The notes beneath the pieces are model-generated. The model saw nothing but the letters and a program-made list of their open reading frames with translations. It was not told the origin of the DNA and did not search any database. Below, piece after piece: positions 59,648 to 64,000 of a DNA stretch of 64,000 nucleotides. The stretch's first letter is position 1; every line of letters starts with the position of its first letter. Both the position numbers and the translations under genes were made by a program. The stretch lies in the NCBI GenBank assembly GCA_964558645.1, contig CAZLEV010000007.1, forward strand, positions 32,001 through 96,000. Direction: 5' to 3'. Source of the stretch: an uncultured archaeon (lineage in GTDB: Archaea > Asgardarchaeota > Thorarchaeia > Thorarchaeales > Thorarchaeaceae).

Positions 59648-60310
59648 CTATCCAAGGAGATCATCGATGAGCTCGTTGGAAAGATAGTCTCTTACACTGG
59701 ATGGTTCTCTCTGGAACGTATTGTCCGGGGGCATCACAAGTGACCAACCCTTCTTAGAAGAATACTCGTAGGTTCCGCAAGAGGCATAGCCTGAATCAAG
59801 CCAGTCCTCAATGAACTCCTCTCCTCCAACGACTAGCCAATAGAAGACTGCACTGACGATGCTATCTACAGCAAGTACAATACTGTCGTTTACATGACCT
59901 GATGCTATACCCTCTGCGCAAAGCGATATCCTATGCACCACGTCCTGCAAACTCTCTTCAAGCCCCTCGGTCTCTGTTTGGAGCCAGAAGGCTTTGAGCA
60001 CAGACTCGTAGTTTCTGAGTTTGCTTTCGGGTAGTTCTATAGATTTCAGGCAGTCCTTTACCTCCACTGCAACCTCGAAGTGCTTTCGCAGGAGCCCCGC
60101 GGTCTCTAGACTCGGTTCTTCAGGTCCGGAGTATATCCTACTTGTTGTGGAGATAATCCTTGAGTGTATCAGATCATCGACCTGCTCCCTCCCTGCTTCT
60201 GACAGAGATTGAGAGTCATCAGGTTCAGTCTCACCATGAACGACTACGTAGACAAGAGTCCTTGGTGCGAGAGAGGCCCCTGTTTCCTTTTCCTGAATCA
60301 AGTCGAACAT
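59648..60310 (-). CDS. Histidine phosphatase (PGM-like) family, degenerate active site
   Basis: VYVVVHGET (RHG appears as VHG), LSEAGREQ and IYSGP; no second His (LAVDS). Confidence 0.7.
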   Translation of the reverse strand: MFDLIQEKETGASLAPRTLVYVVVHGETEPDDSQSLSEAGREQVDDLIHSRIISTTSRIYSGPEEPSLETAGLLRKHFEVAVEVKDCLKSIELPESKLRNYESVLKAFWLQTETEGLEESLQDVVHRISLCAEGIASGHVNDSIVLAVDSIVSAVFYWLVVGGEEFIEDWLDSGYASCGTYEYSSKKGWSLVMPPDNTFQREPSSVRDYLSNELIDDLLG

Positions 60311-60457
60311 CTAACCACCGTTGGACTGAAGGCGACAGGAGTTCAATATAATCTCTGCGTTTCCCTCCCTCCATGCACTGTAACGCCTTTCATATATAGA
60401 GAGAGTTTCTGCTGCTGATGGCTACAGCATTACCACCGATACGGTATAATTGCCGAG

Positions 60458-60814
60458 TCAATCTATTAACTCGTCGATCTTTGCTGCCATGATGAAATCA
60501 TTATCATGTAAGCCGTCAATGGCATGTGTATAGAGAGTCAGTGTGACTTCGTTCCAGTGAATTTCAATGTCTGGATGGTGCCCTTGGTCCTCGGCTATCT
60601 CTGCCACCCTGTTGACAAAATCCATTGCCCCATTGAAGTCTTTGAACTTGAACTCTCTTCTGATTCTCTTCGGCTCCTCTTCTATGAGTCCCCAACCAGG
60701 AACATCGGATAGGTATGCTTCTATCTTGCGATTCTTGAGCGGCGGTATGCCGCCCTCACAGGGAACACACTTGAGCGACGCCAGTTCTTTGTGTGATTCA
60801 TTCAAAAACATCAT
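60458..60814 (-). CDS. phhB: Pterin-4-alpha-carbinolamine dehydratase
   Basis: CVPCEGG, FKFKDF, AEDQGHHPDI and THAIDGLHDNDFIMAAKID. Confidence 0.93.
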   Translation of the reverse strand: MMFLNESHKELASLKCVPCEGGIPPLKNRKIEAYLSDVPGWGLIEEEPKRIRREFKFKDFNGAMDFVNRVAEIAEDQGHHPDIEIHWNEVTLTLYTHAIDGLHDNDFIMAAKIDELID

Positions 60815-60966
60815 CTGACGCTGTTATCGTGCTCAAGGCGCTTAAGTGCTGAGATACCGCACAAAAGATGAAAGGAGCCGCCTCGGTACACTACTCCTTG
60901 GCTCCAGCCTTGGATACGTGAAAAAGCATTTAGGCACAACTAATAGGATGATGTTGAGGATAGACA

Positions 60967-61662
60967 ATGAGAATCACCCCGGATAAGATGCATAAGCTGG
61001 ACGGGAAGATCTGCTTCATCTGCGGTCATTACCTTCTGAACAACACAAATGGAGACCTAGCATATGTTCCTGTTCATACAGGCGAATCAATCCGTGCCAA
61101 ACCTGACAGGTATTACATCTTCGAATGCCCGAATTGCGGGATGATGGGTCACAAAAGGTGTTGGCACGATGTTGGTGAGACGAGGGTGCGGGGAGGATTC
61201 CTCAATCTCTTCACGAGAGGGTGGAAGCTTTCGTGTCCAAATTGCGGATATGTTCTTGCTCCGCTTAGAGAGGATAGAGTCGATTGGGAGAAGGGCTATC
61301 AGATTCCCGGTCATCCTGATGAAGAGCTGTACGAGCTCCGAACTAAGGATGTCTTGGCCTACAAGGCAGGTTCTCTGTTTGGAAAGGTTGGAGCAGCCAT
61401 TGATGGTTTCTTCAAGGCTGTGGGACTCAGCAGCCTGACAAGCTCGGAAACTAATGCGGTTGTGAGAGCGGCCAATCGGATAGGCAAGACTATCAAGGAC
61501 GTCGCTGAGAGGGTCTTCAGGCTTGAGATACCTGCTGAGCAACGTTCAGAAATTCAGGATCTCACATGTCAGAACTGCGGTGCACCACTGCCGATGCCTG
61601 GACGGTTCGAAGAAGCAGTTGTCTGCGAACACTGCGGTACTGCACATCTGCTTCCCACGTGA
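60967..61662 (+). CDS. Zinc-finger protein: RING/PHD-like N-terminus and C-terminal Zn ribbon
   Basis: CFIC...CPNCGMMGHKRCW...CPNC, then CQNCGAPL...CEHCG. Confidence 0.7.
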   Translation: MRITPDKMHKLDGKICFICGHYLLNNTNGDLAYVPVHTGESIRAKPDRYYIFECPNCGMMGHKRCWHDVGETRVRGGFLNLFTRGWKLSCPNCGYVLAPLREDRVDWEKGYQIPGHPDEELYELRTKDVLAYKAGSLFGKVGAAIDGFFKAVGLSSLTSSETNAVVRAANRIGKTIKDVAERVFRLEIPAEQRSEIQDLTCQNCGAPLPMPGRFEEAVVCEHCGTAHLLPT

Positions 61663-61735
61663 CCACCAAGACCACCCTAGAATCAATTATATACTAGCAG
61701 ACAAAGAACAAGCAGGAGCAGACTAACAGGAGGAT

Positions 61736-62047
61736 TTGTTTGCCTTGCCAGTATATCTTGAGTTCAACGAATCAGACTCCCAGTTCCACGAGAGTACCAG
61801 GGATGGAAGCCCTGACTCGATTGTTTTGGTGATTGATGATAGCCAGAAGAAACTGTTGATGACCGTGCCGTCGCGTGTGGGGATGATCACCCGACGTGCT
61901 GCTGAACGCCAGGCTAGAGGAATAACCAAGTCGGGATTCCTCTGTAATGATGGTGGTCGGTATGGAAGAAATCACGAGTTAGAAGTTCTTGGAGAGGGCG
62001 GAAGACTGCCTGAAAGGTTGCGTCAGAGTCCTCGAGAAGTCTACTGA
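61736..62047 (+). CDS. Small protein, possible divergent single gelsolin-like domain
   Basis: SIVLVIDDSQKKLLMTVPSRVGMITRRAAERQARGI...LEVLGEG follows the strand-strand-helix-EG pattern of gelsolin repeats. Confidence 0.45.
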   Translation: MFALPVYLEFNESDSQFHESTRDGSPDSIVLVIDDSQKKLLMTVPSRVGMITRRAAERQARGITKSGFLCNDGGRYGRNHELEVLGEGGRLPERLRQSPREVY

Positions 62048-62064
62048 GGCTAACAGACCATATG

Positions 62065-62095
62065 GAGCCCCTCGGGGCTCTCTTTACTCTCTTTG
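62065..62095 (+). terminator. GC hairpin plus pyrimidine tract
   Basis: GAGCCC-CTCG-GGGCTC then TCTTTACTCTCTTTG, 17 nt after the stop at 62047. Confidence 0.6.
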
Positions 62096-62256
62096 CTCCT
62101 GTAAATCTATACCGGGGCTGTTATTACGAAAGTATTTCTCAGTCCACAACCTTTTTGACTCAGTGAATAAATGGCATTATAGGGAATGCAGCCACACTAT
62201 TAACAATGGTTAATATTATAAGGCTTTGAGCCCCTGAAGGCCGAGGTGTTAAGGAT

Positions 62257-62937
62257 ATGTTTGAGTGTTGTGGGTTGAAGTTCAGCCAGATCAAAGGGAA
62301 AAGTGTGATAGACGCTGATGGAAAGAAGATTGGTCGCACCATTGATTTCATTGTGACCTTTACAGATGATAACTGGATTGACATGAAGTCGGTGATATTG
62401 GGTGGTAGTCGAGTTGAGGAGCTCCTCGAATCCTTGGGAGTTAAGCCAGACATCGACCCAGTGTTTCAACTCGACTGCATCAGCCAAATAGATGAGGATG
62501 CTGTTCGACTTGCGGTTCCTGGTGATTCCTTAGACGAGACTCTGGATGATGGCGTCATAGACGAGCGCGACATCAGGATGTCTGAGCTCTCCAAGATCAA
62601 GGTGACCGATGCCGACGGGTTCAAGATAGGTAATGTGATCGATATCTGGTTCGATGCTAGTGGTGAACTCTGGCTTTTGCTTGGTGGTGGATTCATAGAG
62701 GAGACCTTGGAGAAACTGAAAGTCCAACCTGACATTGACCTTCTTGTCCCAAGAGCTGCTGTCAAGAGTATATCGAGAGATGACATCTGCTTGAAATGGA
62801 CTCGATTCCAGCTCGAATCGAATGCCCAAGATGAGTATGAGAAATACAAGCGACAGATCGTTTCGCAGCACGAACCCGGAGATGCGAGATACACACAGCT
62901 GAGGCTGTTTCCCGGCCCATCTGGCGGCCCGATCTAA
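62257..62937 (+). CDS. Tandem double PRC-barrel protein
   Basis: Two repeats: FSQIKGKSVIDADGKKIGRTIDF and MSELSKIKVTDADGFKIGNVIDI, each followed by GG..EE.LE.L.V.PDID. Confidence 0.85.
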   Translation: MFECCGLKFSQIKGKSVIDADGKKIGRTIDFIVTFTDDNWIDMKSVILGGSRVEELLESLGVKPDIDPVFQLDCISQIDEDAVRLAVPGDSLDETLDDGVIDERDIRMSELSKIKVTDADGFKIGNVIDIWFDASGELWLLLGGGFIEETLEKLKVQPDIDLLVPRAAVKSISRDDICLKWTRFQLESNAQDEYEKYKRQIVSQHEPGDARYTQLRLFPGPSGGPI

Positions 62938-63100
62938 CTTCAGATTGTGACAACGGCCCCGTCTTGAAGCACCGCTCATTGCGTTATCGTGAGCGCAAGT
63001 ATATCTCAGGCTAGGAGAAGGTGCATCCAGAATATCCCTATATAGTATTGCCGTGATAATACATTGCCCCACCTTCGATGCTGCGAAGGAGCATGAGGAG

Positions 63101-63694
63101 ATGCATAGATCCGGCGGTAAGCAGTTCAAGATATCTCTCATAGGCGATCCTTATGTAGGAAAGACCAGCATTAGAAGGAGCTATCTCGATAAGGTCTTCA
63201 AGACATCGTATATCCCGACCATTGGTGTTGATTTTGCTCGGAAGTCGATTGTTGTTGATGGGACTCCCGTTCATCTTGTCATATGGGACATAGCAGGGCA
63301 GCCCCTATACGAGAGTCTCCGCAAGCGTTACTATGAAGGGTGCAGAGGTCTCATCATTGTGTACTCTGTGGTTAACCGAGAGTCTTTTGACCATGTAGAA
63401 GATTGGCTGGTTCAGGCACAAGGGTTCATGGGAAAGCTCCCACCCTTGCTTGTCATCGGCAACAAGACTGACCTGCGACTCGATCGCTCTCCCGGAGAGG
63501 TGGTTAGTACTGAAGAAGGGCGGGAATTCTCCAGGATTATCGGGCAACGACTGAGAAGCAAGGCTCTGTTCATCGAGACTTCTGCTCTCACAGGACATAA
63601 CATCGATGAGGCCTTCAACGCTCTCGTGAGAATGATGCTAGAGCAGGTCGGTCATGGGTCACAGGATGCCAAGAGGCCTAGCTTCGAGCTATAG
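63101..63694 (+). CDS. Rab-like small GTPase
   Basis: G1 GDPYVGKTS, G2/RabF1 PTIGVDF, G3 WDIAGQ, G4 GNKTD, G5 ETSAL; ATG 63101 follows GAGGAG. Confidence 0.93.
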   Translation: MHRSGGKQFKISLIGDPYVGKTSIRRSYLDKVFKTSYIPTIGVDFARKSIVVDGTPVHLVIWDIAGQPLYESLRKRYYEGCRGLIIVYSVVNRESFDHVEDWLVQAQGFMGKLPPLLVIGNKTDLRLDRSPGEVVSTEEGREFSRIIGQRLRSKALFIETSALTGHNIDEAFNALVRMMLEQVGHGSQDAKRPSFEL

Positions 63695-63752
63695 CGCATT
63701 ATCTCTGACTAGACGAAACACCAATAAGTCCGGCCTTGGTTTATCCATTCAC

Positions 63753-64000
63753 ATGACGCGCAAGGGAGTCCTCTTCGTGCTGTTTCTGTGTATCACGGCG
63801 AGTATTCCATTCCTGGCCCATCACCGCTCAAACGCCTTGGCGTATGTCCAAAGTCAGACATCAAATGGCCCAACGATCGAATGGTACGATGTTCCTGAGA
63901 ACGGTACGCTTGCATTCTCCTGGGATGGAGCCTACACTGGACAGACTGAAGAGGTCTGGACCCACAGACATTGGGTGAACGATTCGGATGGGGTCGATTG
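63753..64000 (+). CDS. Secreted protein, 5' part (runs off the window)
   Basis: MTRKGVLFVLFLCITASIPFLA signal-like start; the frame stays open to the window end. Confidence 0.6.
   Translation, partial: MTRKGVLFVLFLCITASIPFLAHHRSNALAYVQSQTSNGPTIEWYDVPENGTLAFSWDGAYTGQTEEVWTHRHWVNDSDGVD

Noticed and set aside
1-64000. tRNA, rRNA, selenoprotein UGA read-through, mobile elements
   Set aside because: No cloverleaf, rRNA-like tract, interrupted redox gene, transposase or integrase was recognised by eye; a covariance-model scan would be needed to exclude them fully.

Overview
Gene-dense 64 kb chromosomal segment of about 50% GC, very probably from an Asgard archaeon (Thorarchaeia-like). This is inferred from a Rab-like GTPase, longin/roadblock proteins, F420-dependent Mtd, tungsten AOR, geranylgeranyl reductase and large sequon-rich surface proteins. 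I found no rRNA, tRNA, CRISPR array, transposase or integrase. Contents, in order: (1) a coupled operon of RecA/RadA paralogues, a membrane protein and a FEN1-family nuclease; (2) a ~2580-aa prenyltransferase-barrel/Ig-repeat surface protein; (3) lipid/anaerobic catabolism genes (acyl-CoA ligase, GGR, GDPD, lipase, glycyl radical enzyme plus activase, AOR); (4) the best candidate for an undescribed system, an operon of two paralogous longin + tandem winged-helix proteins (NPRL2/NPRL3, GATOR1-like architecture; one has an inserted roadblock domain) coupled to a MinD-type ATPase and a GNAT, flanked by a membrane-HhH protein and a uDENN-like/Zn-ribbon protein; (5) Mtd, FrhB-like, RibA and IlvA; (6) a NurA-HerA pair without Mre11/Rad50; (7) beta-helix and Ig-repeat surface proteins; (8) probable pseudoenzymes (debranching glucosidase, histidine phosphatase); (9) a terminal cluster of RING-like, gelsolin-like, double PRC-barrel and Rab-like genes. 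All family calls come from motif recognition by eye and from memory; no database searches were run.
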